Shown here: piece after piece, positions 1 to 9,087 of the stretch
Numbering within the stretch: position 1 is the stretch's first letter
Layout of the letters: each line of letters starts with the position of its first letter
Program-made: the position numbers and the translations under genes
The notes under the pieces: model-generated
Database searches by the model: none
Told to the model about the DNA's origin: nothing
Seen by the model: only the letters and a program-made list of their open reading frames with translations
NCBI GenBank assembly: GCA_049802395.1
Contig: JBARMK010000236.1
Location: 2,635-66,634 of the forward strand
Direction: 5' to 3'
Source of the DNA: Candidatus Angelobacter sp.
Lineage (GTDB): Bacteria; Acidobacteriota; Terriglobia; Terriglobales; Acidobacteriaceae
Length of the DNA stretch: 64,000 bases

Positions 1-1
1 T

Positions 2-2311
2 GTGATCGGCACGGTGGGGCGCAAAGCAGCCACGCAGTCTTACCAGGTTTTTGTCGTCTCCAGCGACAAGGACATGCTGCAACTGGTGAATGACAAGGTC
101 TGCGTGCTCAATCCGCCGAAAGACAACCTGATCTGCGACGCGGCCAAAGTGGAGGAAATTCTGGGAGTGCGTCCCGAGCAGGTAATAGACGTGATGGCGC
201 TGCGCGGCGACTCGATTGACAATATTCCCGGGGCCCCAGGCATTGGCGATAAAGGATCGGTTGACATCATCAAGCGCTTTGGCACGCTGGACAACGCGCT
301 GGAACATGCGGCGGAAGTAGAGAAGACGACCTACCGCGAGTCTCTCCTGAACAACAAAGACACAATTTTGTGGAGCAAGCAGCTTGTCACCATCGACCAA
401 AACGTGGAGATCGAACTGGATCTGGCGAAGATGGTGGCCGGCGATCCCGACATGGACGCACTGCGCGCGCTCTTCAGCGAACTTGAATTCACTACGCTGT
501 TAAAAGAGCTGGTGCCGGTAATGGAGGTGCGAGAGAAAGATTATCGTGAGCTGAAATCGGTCAAAGATGTGAAGGCATTGGCCAAGGCAAAGGTATCCCT
601 GGCGATTGCCTTTGAATTTACGGCCGCCCCAAAGATTGAGGACGAAGAACCGGAAGAAGAAGAGGCGGAGCAAAAATCTGGCGAGCTGTTCTTTGACGCG
701 CCGCCCGTTCCGATTGCAAACCCGACGGCTCCGCTCACATTGGCCCTCTCAGCCGAGCCGGGGAAGGCGTTTAGCGCGGTACTGAATGACGACGAAATCT
801 CCACGGAGTTGAAATGCCTGCTCCGCGACGCCAATATCCCAAAGACGATTCACGATTACAAAGCGGCACTGCGCGAACTTGAAGCGCACGGCGTGGAGTT
901 GGCAGGCGTGCGCGACGAGCCCATGCTCTACTCCTACATCATCAACCCGACGTACACGAAGCACACGCTGGCGGAGATTGCGGTGCGCAGCTTTAACCTG
1001 AGTCTTTCGCCGTCAGTTGCCGAGGCCGCGGACGTGACCGGCCGCATCGCCCCGGTGTTGCGCAAAGAGGTGGAGAGCGCAGGGCAGATGCCGCTGTACG
1101 AACAGGTCGACCTCCCGCTGGCGCCGGTATTGGCACGCATGGAGCAAGCCGGCGTGAAAATTGACCGCCAGATGCTGGGCACGCTCTCTATCGAACTGGA
1201 GAAACAATGCGATGCCAAGGCGCGCGAGATCCACGACAAAGCCGGCGTGATGTTCAATATAAATTCGCCCAAGCAGCTTGGCGACGTGCTCTTCAACCAG
1301 CTCAACCTGCCTAAACCCGTCAAGTACGGCAAAGGCAAGACCGTTTCCACGGCAGTGGACGTTCTTGAAGCGCTTTCAGAAACGCATGAAGTGCCGCGCC
1401 TGGTGCTGGATTATCGCCAGCTTTCCAAGCTTAAAAGCACTTACGTGGACTCGCTACCTCTGCTCATTGATCCGAAGACGCAGCGGGTGCACACTACTTT
1501 CAACCAGACCGGCACAACCACGGGCCGGCTGTCTTCAATCAACCCGAACCTACAGAACATTCCCATACGCAGCGAGCAGGGGCGCGAGATCCGCGCCGCT
1601 TTTATTGCCGAGCCCGGGCATGTTCTTCTCTCTGCCGATTATTCGCAGATCGAACTGCGGCTGCTGGCGCATTTCTCTGAAGACGCGCTGCTGGTGGAAG
1701 CCTTTCGGCGGGGTGATGACATTCACCGCTTAACCGCGTCGCAGGTCTTTGGCGTGCCGCCCATGCTGATTGAAGACGAGCACCGCCGCCGAGCCAAGGC
1801 CGTGAATTTCGGCATCGTTTATGGGCTCTCTCCCTTCGGGCTGGCGCAGCAGCTTGGCATTGAGCAGCGCGAAGCGAAAAAGTTTATCGATGCTTATTTT
1901 GAGAAATACTCCGGAGTGCGCCGGTTCATTGATCGCGTTCTCGACGAGACGCGGCGCGAGCAGAGCGTGAAAACGCTATTTGGCCGCTCACGGCCTATCC
2001 CCGACATCAACAGCAAGAATGCCAACATGCGTGGCTTTGCCGAGCGCACTGCGGTGAACACACCGCTCCAAGGCACGGCCGCCGATTTAATTAAACTGGC
2101 GATGATTCACATTGATCAGGAACTACGCTCATGCAAATTGAAAGCGCGCATGCTGTTGCAGGTCCATGATGAGCTGCTGTTCGAAGTGCCGCAGTCTGAG
2201 ATCGAAACAATGCGCGAGCTGGTGCGCGACAAGATGGAAAACGTGCACTCATTGACGGTCCCATTGCTGGTGGAGATCGGCGTGGGACTAAATTGGCGGG
2301 ACGTGGAATGA
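2..2311 (+). CDS. polA: DNA polymerase I, 5'-truncated by window edge
   Basis: 769-aa ORF open at window start. Family-A polymerase motifs DYSQIELR, RRAKAVNFGIVYG and QVHDELLFE are present, with 5'-nuclease tail and 3'-5' exo-like region upstream. Confidence 0.95.
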   Translation: MIGTVGRKAATQSYQVFVVSSDKDMLQLVNDKVCVLNPPKDNLICDAAKVEEILGVRPEQVIDVMALRGDSIDNIPGAPGIGDKGSVDIIKRFGTLDNALEHAAEVEKTTYRESLLNNKDTILWSKQLVTIDQNVEIELDLAKMVAGDPDMDALRALFSELEFTTLLKELVPVMEVREKDYRELKSVKDVKALAKAKVSLAIAFEFTAAPKIEDEEPEEEEAEQKSGELFFDAPPVPIANPTAPLTLALSAEPGKAFSAVLNDDEISTELKCLLRDANIPKTIHDYKAALRELEAHGVELAGVRDEPMLYSYIINPTYTKHTLAEIAVRSFNLSLSPSVAEAADVTGRIAPVLRKEVESAGQMPLYEQVDLPLAPVLARMEQAGVKIDRQMLGTLSIELEKQCDAKAREIHDKAGVMFNINSPKQLGDVLFNQLNLPKPVKYGKGKTVSTAVDVLEALSETHEVPRLVLDYRQLSKLKSTYVDSLPLLIDPKTQRVHTTFNQTGTTTGRLSSINPNLQNIPIRSEQGREIRAAFIAEPGHVLLSADYSQIELRLLAHFSEDALLVEAFRRGDDIHRLTASQVFGVPPMLIEDEHRRRAKAVNFGIVYGLSPFGLAQQLGIEQREAKKFIDAYFEKYSGVRRFIDRVLDETRREQSVKTLFGRSRPIPDINSKNANMRGFAERTAVNTPLQGTAADLIKLAMIHIDQELRSCKLKARMLLQVHDELLFEVPQSEIETMRELVRDKMENVHSLTVPLLVEIGVGLNWRDVE

Positions 2312-2316
2312 TTCAC

Positions 2317-2622
2317 TCATCCATCTCGCCCGCCGCGACGTATCGTCTCTTTCAGAAGCCTGGCATTGCGGAAGCGTTTGATGCGCCAGAGACGTACGTA
2401 AGGCCGGGCGAACAGCGAATAGGCGAACCGCAGGAGCACGAAAACAATCAGCGGCAGGAAGACAATGGCGAAGAGATAAGCCAGAAGATAGACCGCGACC
2501 AGCGCGATTCCCAAGCCCTGCGCCAGCTCTTCACCCAGCCAGGGACGAAGAGCTATTGCGGCCAGCACTGCGAGTACGACAAGGAAGATTCGCTGCGTCC
2601 AGCTTAGTTTTCGCCACGGCAT
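2317..2622 (-). CDS. small integral membrane protein, function unknown
   Basis: ORF 2317..2673. The ATG at 2622 lies 5 nt after the glmM stop; the longer 2673 start would overlap glmM. It has 2-3 hydrophobic helices and a basic tail. Confidence 0.5.
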   Translation of the reverse strand: MPWRKLSWTQRIFLVVLAVLAAIALRPWLGEELAQGLGIALVAVYLLAYLFAIVFLPLIVFVLLRFAYSLFARPYVRLWRIKRFRNARLLKETIRRGGRDG

Positions 2623-2626
2623 GAGT

Positions 2627-3988
2627 TCAACGCCCAGAGCCAGGGCCAACCCCGAGAGCATTTTCAATTGCACCCGCTATGCTGTCCGCGAGCCTGTATA
2701 CGGCTCCTTCGGCCTCAGCTTCCACCATCACGCGCGCCAGCGCTTCGGTTCCGGAATAACGCACGTTAATGCGCCCGTTTCCGTTCAGCTCCTGCTCGGC
2801 GCTCTGGATGACCGCCATGACCTGGGGAATCTGCTCCAAGGGCCTCTTCTCCCGTACGCGAACGTTCTTGATGGTCTGGGGAAAAACCTTCATGCCGGAA
2901 ACAAGTTGTGCCAGCGGCCGGCTGCTGGCCGCGACGATGGCCAGTACGCGCATGGCGGTGAGCAGACCGTCGCCGGTAGTGGCTTCACGGGAAAGGATGA
3001 TGTGGCCAGATTGTTCGCCGCCAAGCACCACGCCGGATTTTTTCATCTCTTCCAGCACATATTTATCACCCACTGGGGCGCGCAGCAGCTTGATTCCTAA
3101 TTCACGCAGCGCGATTTCCAACCCCATGTTCGACATGGTGGTGGCGACAACCGTGGCATTGGCCAACTCGCCGCGCTGCTTCAGTTCGCGCGCCAGCAGA
3201 AGGATAATGGCATCGCCATTGACTACTTTGCCGCTGCTATCGGCAAAGAGCGCGCGGTCGGCATCGCCATCAAAGCAGACACCCATGTCGGCTTTGCGTT
3301 CGACAACTTCACGGGCTACAGCCTCAGGATGCAGGGCGCCGCAGTTCTCGTTGATGTTGCGTCCGTCCGGCGCGGAATGCGTCAGATTTGCCTCAACGCC
3401 GGTGCGACTGAACAGCTCCGGCGCAATAGAACTTGCCGCTCCATTGGCGCAATCCACTACGATGCGGAGACGCTCCGCGCCAGGAATGGCCCGTGCCAGC
3501 CATTTCAGGTATTCCAATTGCAGGCGGGAATCGCCGGGAAGAGAAGAGGGTGCTGTATTTACAGAACTCCCATTTGTCCCTGCCTTGAGCAGAGAAAAAA
3601 TCTCACTTTCTATTTCCAGTTCAATCGCGTCCGGCAGTTTGTAGCCATCGCCACCAAAGACCTTGATACCGTTGTCGCGCCAGGGATTATGCGAAGCCGA
3701 GATCACAACGCCTGCAGAGAAGCCTTTTGAGTGCGCCAGGTAAGCAATCGCAGGTGTGGGAACTATGCCTGCGCTCTCTGTTTGCACGCCTGCGTCCCGC
3801 AGTCCGGAAGCAAGCGTATCGGCGATCCAGCCGCTAGATTCGCGAGTGTCCTGGCCAAGAACAACGCGCTTGGGACCATCGGGCAGATGGTCGCCTAAGG
3901 CCCGGCCTACAGCATGGACCGTCTTCTGATCGAGTGGGTACTCGCCAGCGACTCCGCGAATTCCATCTGTGCCAAAAAGTTTTCGCAT
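2627..3988 (-). CDS. glmM: phosphoglucosamine mutase
   Basis: 453 aa. N-terminal FGTDGIRG and phosphoserine loop SASHNPWRDNG are present, and length is typical of GlmM. Confidence 0.95.
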   Translation of the reverse strand: MRKLFGTDGIRGVAGEYPLDQKTVHAVGRALGDHLPDGPKRVVLGQDTRESSGWIADTLASGLRDAGVQTESAGIVPTPAIAYLAHSKGFSAGVVISASHNPWRDNGIKVFGGDGYKLPDAIELEIESEIFSLLKAGTNGSSVNTAPSSLPGDSRLQLEYLKWLARAIPGAERLRIVVDCANGAASSIAPELFSRTGVEANLTHSAPDGRNINENCGALHPEAVAREVVERKADMGVCFDGDADRALFADSSGKVVNGDAIILLLARELKQRGELANATVVATTMSNMGLEIALRELGIKLLRAPVGDKYVLEEMKKSGVVLGGEQSGHIILSREATTGDGLLTAMRVLAIVAASSRPLAQLVSGMKVFPQTIKNVRVREKRPLEQIPQVMAVIQSAEQELNGNGRINVRYSGTEALARVMVEAEAEGAVYRLADSIAGAIENALGVGPGSGR

Positions 3989-3993
3989 TATCC

Positions 3994-4028
3994 GGTATTT
4001 AGTACTTGGTACTTAGTATTTAGCAATT
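3994..4028. repeat. five tandem heptanucleotide units GGTATTT AGTACTT GGTACTT AGTATTT AGCAATT
   Basis: Read directly from sequence. The array ends 5 nt from the glmM start codon (3988, opposite strand). It belongs to a family also seen at 26686, 50454, 54463 and 62493. Confidence 0.85.
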
Positions 4029-4085
4029 CGCCACGGCGTGCAATCAATCTCATTACATTTCTGCCGCAATTTAAGAACGTGTCGC

Positions 4086-5462
4086 TCAATCCGTACTGGT
4101 TTTTTTTACTTCAGCCGTGAAGCTACCGTGCGCTACCCGCGCGGAAATCTCCGCGCCCGGCGCAAGCTGTGCCGCGTCTTTCACCAGCTCGCCTCTCGAG
4201 TCAAAGACCAGCGCGTAACCGCGCTCCAGGATCTTGACCGGAGAGAGCGCATTGAGCTGCGCTGCAAGCCGCTCCAAGTGCGAACGGTCCTGGGCAACGC
4301 GCGTGCGAAAGGCGTGGGTCAATGCCTCCGTGCCAGCATTGAGCTGGCCTCGGGTAATGGCCAGTGAACGCCGAAAATCGAAGTGGCGCACGCGCGCTGC
4401 GGCAACATCAAGCCGGCGATGATAATCGTGCAGGAGCGTGCGGTAGTTAGCGCCCAACCGGTGGGACAGATCGTCCAGGCGCTGCGCGCGCTGGCCCAGC
4501 AAGTCACGTATGCGGGCGAAAGCGCCGTGTTGCGCCAGCTCCTGAAGATGGTTGCGCGCCATCAGCAGGCGGTAGCGCGTGGCGCGGTCCAACCTCTGAT
4601 GCAGATGCGCGAGATGTTCCGCCAGGCGGTGTTTGGACTCAATGACCAGTTCAGCCGCTGCAGACGGCGTGGGCGCGCGCAGATCGGCGACAAAGTCGGC
4701 GATGGTGAAATCCGTCTCATGGCCGACGGCAGAAATCACCGGCAGCGCAGAACCAGCAATCGCTCGGGCCAGCGCTTCATCGTTAAATGCGGCCAGATCT
4801 TCAATCGATCCGCCACCGCGCGCGACGATGATGACGTCGACCTTACCGGCACGGTTGAAGTACTTGATTCCCGCCGCGACCTCACTAGAAGCAGTCTCTC
4901 CCTGTACCTGCGCCGGATAAATCAGGATGCCAACATTCTCATGCCGCCGGCCCAGGATATTCAACATGTCCTGCAGCGCAGCGCCGCGGGGCGAAGTAAC
5001 GATGCCGATGCGACGCGGCAGAGGCGGAATGCGCTTGCGGCGGCCGGGATCAAAAAGACCTTCCTGTGCCAACCGGGCTTTGAGCTGCTCAAATGCCAGT
5101 TGCAGCACGCCTGCGCCAACCGGTTCGAGAAATTCGGCGGAGAGCTGCAGCTCGCCGCGCGCGTCGTAGATGGTAACGCGTCCGCGCGCAATAACCTGCA
5201 TTCCGCTCTCGGGACGAAAGCGCAACAGCCGGGCCTGGCTGCGGAACATCACGATGCGAAGCTGGGCGTCGCCATCCTTGAGAGTGAAGTAAAGATGGCC
5301 GGATTCAGACGGACGGAAGTTTGAGATTTCGCCTTCTACCCACACGTCGGTATAGCCGCGTTCCACGGTGGTGCGCACGGCGCTCACCAGATCGGCAACG
5401 CGCCAGATGCGGCGCGACGGCGCTTGATCGAAGGTGAACCCAAGCTGGTCAACGAAGGACAT
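4086..5462 (-). CDS. xseA: exodeoxyribonuclease VII large subunit
   Basis: 458 aa. It has an N-terminal OB-fold segment (VWVEGEISNF), a catalytic core with GGGSIEDL, and the long helical C-terminal region typical of XseA. Confidence 0.93.
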   Translation of the reverse strand: MSFVDQLGFTFDQAPSRRIWRVADLVSAVRTTVERGYTDVWVEGEISNFRPSESGHLYFTLKDGDAQLRIVMFRSQARLLRFRPESGMQVIARGRVTIYDARGELQLSAEFLEPVGAGVLQLAFEQLKARLAQEGLFDPGRRKRIPPLPRRIGIVTSPRGAALQDMLNILGRRHENVGILIYPAQVQGETASSEVAAGIKYFNRAGKVDVIIVARGGGSIEDLAAFNDEALARAIAGSALPVISAVGHETDFTIADFVADLRAPTPSAAAELVIESKHRLAEHLAHLHQRLDRATRYRLLMARNHLQELAQHGAFARIRDLLGQRAQRLDDLSHRLGANYRTLLHDYHRRLDVAAARVRHFDFRRSLAITRGQLNAGTEALTHAFRTRVAQDRSHLERLAAQLNALSPVKILERGYALVFDSRGELVKDAAQLAPGAEISARVAHGSFTAEVKKTSTD

Positions 5463-5552
5463 TAGGTGCAGTTTAACAGTTCATCCTTAAACGCTTTTTT
5501 CGCAGTGACCAAGCCACTTTCGGAGGGGGAAGTAATCAAAAAAGCATTATGC

Positions 5553-5581
5553 TTGCATGTCCTGCTATGTTATGCTAGTAT
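5553..5581 (+). promoter_or_regulatory. candidate sigma-70 promoter for the PIN module (TTGCAT-17 nt-TAGTAT)
   Basis: -35 at 5553-5558, 17-nt spacer, -10 at 5576-5581. TTATGCT direct repeats at 5547 and 5570 overlap it and could be an operator. Confidence 0.3.
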
Positions 5582-5603
5582 TGCTCTTGTTGGAGTGTGT
5601 AAT

Positions 5604-6011
5604 TTGACATCAGCAGTTACGCAATCAGTTTCCGATTTGATCAGGAACCATGTAGCTGAGATTTACTTGAAGACTGCCATCCGGAGGGGAGAGGACACTT
5701 TCACCGTCAATGTAGGCGCAGTGCATAAAGCGCTTAAGCTGGCAAACCGCGTGCCGCAAGTCTGTTCAGCTCTCGAATCTAAAAAACTGCTGGAAGAGAA
5801 TCAACTGCGCATTGTTTCAAAGACCGGACCACCTTCAGGCCAAAGCACGACTGTGATCTTCACATACCAAATCCTTTCTCGCGACGCCAAACCCACAGCT
5901 CTGGCGAATCCTCTGATCATGCTCCGGGGTCTCGCGAAGGATCTTTTCAAGGAATTAGGCGGTGGCGAAGATTTTATTAGAAGAGAGCGCAGCAGCTTTA
6001 CCAATAAATAA
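5604..6011 (+). CDS. putative antitoxin-like partner of the PIN toxin, unknown family
   Basis: In-frame TTG at 5604 lies 8 nt after GGAG (5592-5595); the ATG at 5466 would start inside the promoter region and abut xseA. The gene ends 22 nt before the PIN gene. The C-terminal tail LRGLAKDLFKELGGGEDFIRRERSSF resembles toxin-binding tails of type II antitoxins. Confidence 0.45.
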   Translation: MTSAVTQSVSDLIRNHVAEIYLKTAIRRGEDTFTVNVGAVHKALKLANRVPQVCSALESKKLLEENQLRIVSKTGPPSGQSTTVIFTYQILSRDAKPTALANPLIMLRGLAKDLFKELGGGEDFIRRERSSFTNK

Positions 6012-6033
6012 ATTTCAACAAATAAAATACGCT

Positions 6034-6459
6034 ATGAGCCGGATTTATTGGGACACGATGCTGTTCGTTTACTGGCTGGAGGATCATCCAGTCTATGCGA
6101 AACGGGTGCGGCACATCCTCTCAAAGATGGAAGAACGGCAAGATCAGCTTTGTACGAGTGCATTTACGGCAGGTGAGGTCCTGGTTGGTCCGTACAAATT
6201 GAGAGCTTCTGGAATGGCGAAGCAGATTCGCGATGTTTTTGCGAGCTCTTTTGTTGAGATACTGCCGTTCACGTTAGAGACCGCAGACCTCTATGCTCGA
6301 ATTCGAGCGCAATCCGGGGTGTCCCCCGCAGATGCCATTCACTTGGCTTGCGCCGCACAGGCTGGCACAGATTTATTTCTTACCAATGATGCAGCTTTGC
6401 CGGGCAAGGTGATTCCAGGTATCCAATTTATTGCCGGACTGAACACAAACCTGTTTTAG
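6034..6459 (+). CDS. PIN-domain ribonuclease toxin (VapC-like)
   Basis: Start MSRIYWDTMLF places the first acidic PIN residue near the N-terminus. Further acidic positions are in AGEVL, PADAIHLA and LTND. About 141 aa. Confidence 0.8.
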   Translation: MSRIYWDTMLFVYWLEDHPVYAKRVRHILSKMEERQDQLCTSAFTAGEVLVGPYKLRASGMAKQIRDVFASSFVEILPFTLETADLYARIRAQSGVSPADAIHLACAAQAGTDLFLTNDAALPGKVIPGIQFIAGLNTNLF

Positions 6460-6684
6460 CTAACGATGTCCCCGGCCAAGCAGCCAGAATACCAGCGAGA
6501 GCACCACGCTGATGAGAATGCTCGTGGCCAGGGGAAAATAGAAAACCGTATTCTTGCCGCGATAGACGACGTCACCGGGAAGGCGGCCCAGGGGCAGATT
6601 GAATCTGCCGGCAAGCAGCAGCACCGCACCGACAACAACGATGACGCCACCGAGAAGCAGCAACAGTTTTCCCAGATCAGTCAT
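6460..6684 (-). CDS. DUF2905-like small membrane protein
   Basis: 74-aa product MTDLGKLLLLLGG...GRLPGDVVYRGKNTVFYFPLATSILISVVLSL, matching the pattern I recall for DUF2905. Its stop abuts the PIN stop (TAG|CTA). Confidence 0.7.
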   Translation of the reverse strand: MTDLGKLLLLLGGVIVVVGAVLLLAGRFNLPLGRLPGDVVYRGKNTVFYFPLATSILISVVLSLVFWLLGRGHR

Positions 6685-6715
6685 TGGCTTTTCTCCAGCC
6701 CGGCGCCATTCAAGA

Positions 6716-7039
6716 TTAAGCAGCTCTTTCGACCCTATCGCCGCTGAGTTTGGCAGCCAGCACATCCACCTTTTCGATTGATGGCGGCTTTGAAAACAGT
6801 TCGCCAGCTTTCGCCATGAGCGCAGCTGCTACTTTTCCATTCAGATGCGCCTGCCGGCCAGCTTCATCAGGGAATGCATCGAAGATGCCGAAGGTCGCAG
6901 GCCCCAGCCTGATTCCAAACCATGCGATGGTCGCCGGCTCTTGCTCAACCAGCGGCAACGCGCTCTTTAGGAAATTTGCAACCTCTTCTTCTTTTCCCTG
7001 TTTTGCTTCCAGACGAACAAACAATGCGGTAGAGACCAT
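6716..7039 (-). CDS. antibiotic-biosynthesis-monooxygenase (ABM) domain protein
   Basis: 107 aa from ATG 7039, with AAGGA upstream. Ferredoxin-like ABM pattern (ALFVRLEAKQGKEEEV...WFGIRLGPATFGIFDAF). Confidence 0.7.
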   Translation of the reverse strand: MVSTALFVRLEAKQGKEEEVANFLKSALPLVEQEPATIAWFGIRLGPATFGIFDAFPDEAGRQAHLNGKVAAALMAKAGELFSKPPSIEKVDVLAAKLSGDRVERAA

Positions 7040-7166
7040 AGGTATCCTTTCTTTGAGGCTCCGCTGGGCAACACAGAGAAGCCCCGGCGGATTGCCCTCC
7101 ATTTTTGAATAGTACGCCGTCGGCATCCACGATGGGAAGTTGTGCTCAGGTTCTAAAGCATCGAAA

Positions 7167-7664
7167 TCAGCGGATGGCTGAAGTCTTGAGCGGGTACGCT
7201 GCTGCACCGGGGAGGCGGCCGGCGACTCTCAAAATCTTCACTCCATCGTGGAGATCGGATGTGCCGATCAGCGCGATGCCGCCACTCTCCAGGCTCACCG
7301 TCTGCATCTGCATGCCATTCGATACCACGGCCAGCGGTTCATGCCCTGGTTGGCGAGCCAGACGTCTCTTTCGCCAGTACTGCTGGTACTGCGCGTCGCT
7401 CATGTGGAGAATGCGACGCAAAAGCACGTCACGCTCCTTAGCGCTGGGCGCTCGCACAATGGGGACTACCTGTGTGCCATCTTTCCAGAACTGCTGTGTG
7501 CCCAGAAAGATGTTGCGCAGCTCAGTCATTGAAATCGACTCAGCGGAATTTCTTGGGTTCACGATCACGGCAATGCTGGTGTCACGGGCCGATAATTCCG
7601 TTGGAGGCAACGCAAGAGCCAGAACTCCCGCGAGCATCAGAATCGTTTTACGGCGGTTCAACAT
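7167..7664 (-). CDS. secreted single-lobe PstS/PBP-like substrate-binding domain protein
   Basis: Signal peptide MLNRRKTILMLAGVLALA. IAVIVNPRNSAESISMTELRNIFLG..WKDG resembles phosphate-binding-protein-like domains, but the length is about half. Confidence 0.6.
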   Translation of the reverse strand: MLNRRKTILMLAGVLALALPPTELSARDTSIAVIVNPRNSAESISMTELRNIFLGTQQFWKDGTQVVPIVRAPSAKERDVLLRRILHMSDAQYQQYWRKRRLARQPGHEPLAVVSNGMQMQTVSLESGGIALIGTSDLHDGVKILRVAGRLPGAAAYPLKTSAIR

Positions 7665-7717
7665 TCGAATACACCAAATAAACGGGCCGGAAGCAGAGCC
7701 TCCGGCCCGAGTCTTAG

Positions 7718-9085
7718 CTATTTCCAATACTGGTCGCGCAGCTCTGTCTGCTTGCTTACCAGTGGGACCTCCTGGCCTTGAATGAAAACGTGCTTCACAT
7801 CGGTCTTCACGTCCAGCGGATCGCCGTTGGCCACTACGACATTGCCCATCTTGCCCACTTCCAGTGATCCCAGGTCTTTGTCCACGCCCCACATCTGCGC
7901 GGGATTGATGGTGAGCGCCTTAAGGGCTTCTTCCGGTGGCAGACCAAATCCCACGGCGTAGCCGGCGGCGTAAGGCAGGTTGCGCGACTGATGCGCGTCA
8001 TAGGAAGCAAACGCAATCTTGATGCCGCGTTGGGCGAGCTTTGCCGGCAGGCTATAAACCGCGTCATACCGCTCCGACTCTTTAGGCTGCTCATAGATCG
8101 GCCCCACGATAACCGGCAGGCCCGTGGCTGCGACCTTATCCAGCAACGAGACCGAGTGGGTAACGTGGTTCAGGATCACCTTAAGATGAAACTCATTGGC
8201 TAGTTCCAGAGCGGTGAGCAGATCGTTCGGCTCTTCAGCGGCCAGCACCACCGGCTTCTTGCCATGCAGGTAAGGCAGAAGCGCTTCCAGCTTCAGGTCG
8301 CGTTTGGGCGGAGCGCCGGCTTTGTCCTTGTCTTTATCTTTTTCCTCGCCGCTGCCGGATTTTTTCTTCTCGTAGGCCGCGAGTTTCTGGTCATAATCCT
8401 GCGCATCAATAAAAGTCTGGCGCAGCTGTGTGGCCATGCCCATGCGAGTGAAGGGGAACTTGGCCGACTCAAAGCTCTGATTGCGGCGCTGCTGCCCGGT
8501 GAAGTTGAGCGGCATGGCGACATCACGCACTTCGAGCATCTCCGTGGCTGAAGCGCCTGCCAACTGGATGAACGAATCCTGCCCGGGCAGAGTGTCGCCG
8601 CTGGCCGGAGCGACGATGGCATTGGTGATGCCATTGATGCGGGTAACGGGAATCAGCGCCGTTTCCGCGTGAAACGCGTCATAAACATGCATGTGCGGCA
8701 TGATCTCGTCGCTCATTTCGATTTCATCGTTGGTCATGCGTTCGGCGGAAATCTCGGTCAATCCAAGATGGGTTTCCGAATCGATCAGCCCTGGATAGAC
8801 GGTCATGCCGGTTACATCAATTACTTTAGCGCCGCTGGGAATCGCGGTTCCCGCGCCGCCAACAGCGGTGATGCGACCGTTCTGCATTACGACCACGCCA
8901 TTTTCAATCACGCCGTGAGTAATGGTCAGTAACTTGCCGCCTTTAAGAGCGATGGTTTGATTTGTGCCGGCAGCCGCACCTGTAGTGTGGGAAGTCGACG
9001 CCGAGGCGGGCGCAGCTTTAGCTTTCTTATTTTGCGCAGCAACAGAGGCTACAAGGATGAAGACTACGATGATTTTTTTCAGCAT
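7718..9085 (-). CDS. secreted amidohydrolase-superfamily protein (paralog B, ETH in place of HxH)
   Basis: ATG 9085 lies 2 nt after the upstream gene stop. It has a signal peptide and is colinear with the 9088..10515 paralog. The PGLIDSETHLG motif is present. Confidence 0.85.
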   Translation of the reverse strand: MLKKIIVVFILVASVAAQNKKAKAAPASASTSHTTGAAAGTNQTIALKGGKLLTITHGVIENGVVVMQNGRITAVGGAGTAIPSGAKVIDVTGMTVYPGLIDSETHLGLTEISAERMTNDEIEMSDEIMPHMHVYDAFHAETALIPVTRINGITNAIVAPASGDTLPGQDSFIQLAGASATEMLEVRDVAMPLNFTGQQRRNQSFESAKFPFTRMGMATQLRQTFIDAQDYDQKLAAYEKKKSGSGEEKDKDKDKAGAPPKRDLKLEALLPYLHGKKPVVLAAEEPNDLLTALELANEFHLKVILNHVTHSVSLLDKVAATGLPVIVGPIYEQPKESERYDAVYSLPAKLAQRGIKIAFASYDAHQSRNLPYAAGYAVGFGLPPEEALKALTINPAQMWGVDKDLGSLEVGKMGNVVVANGDPLDVKTDVKHVFIQGQEVPLVSKQTELRDQYWK

Positions 9086-9087
9086 GA

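Noticed and set aside
3994-4028. Heptamer arrays as CRISPR-like or minisatellite coding repeats
   Set aside because: The units are 7 nt with no spacers, and the arrays are 14-35 nt long and non-coding. They are not CRISPR and are reported instead as a repeat family.
4383-5324. 313-aa plus-strand ORF; similar long ORFs at 2769-3644, 25619-26290, 27747-28334, 28602-29255, 30691-31320, 36507-37367, 38558-39169, 39362-40042, 43350-44003, 46030-46671, 53406-54047, 56184-56840, 58784-59449 and 63213-63998
   Set aside because: Each lies antisense to, or out of frame within, a gene with clear family motifs. Their products are Arg/Ala/Gly-rich low-complexity strings, typical of high-GC shadow ORFs.
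5466-5603. Longer ATG start (5466) for the PIN-partner ORF; likewise 5962 for PIN, 36405 for DUF2071, 7892 for the PstS-like gene, 9208 and 10572 for the amidohydrolases, 55485 for the 54589 gene
   Set aside because: The extensions overlap neighbouring genes or promoter and repeat elements and lack an RBS. They also precede obvious signal peptides or conserved N-termini.
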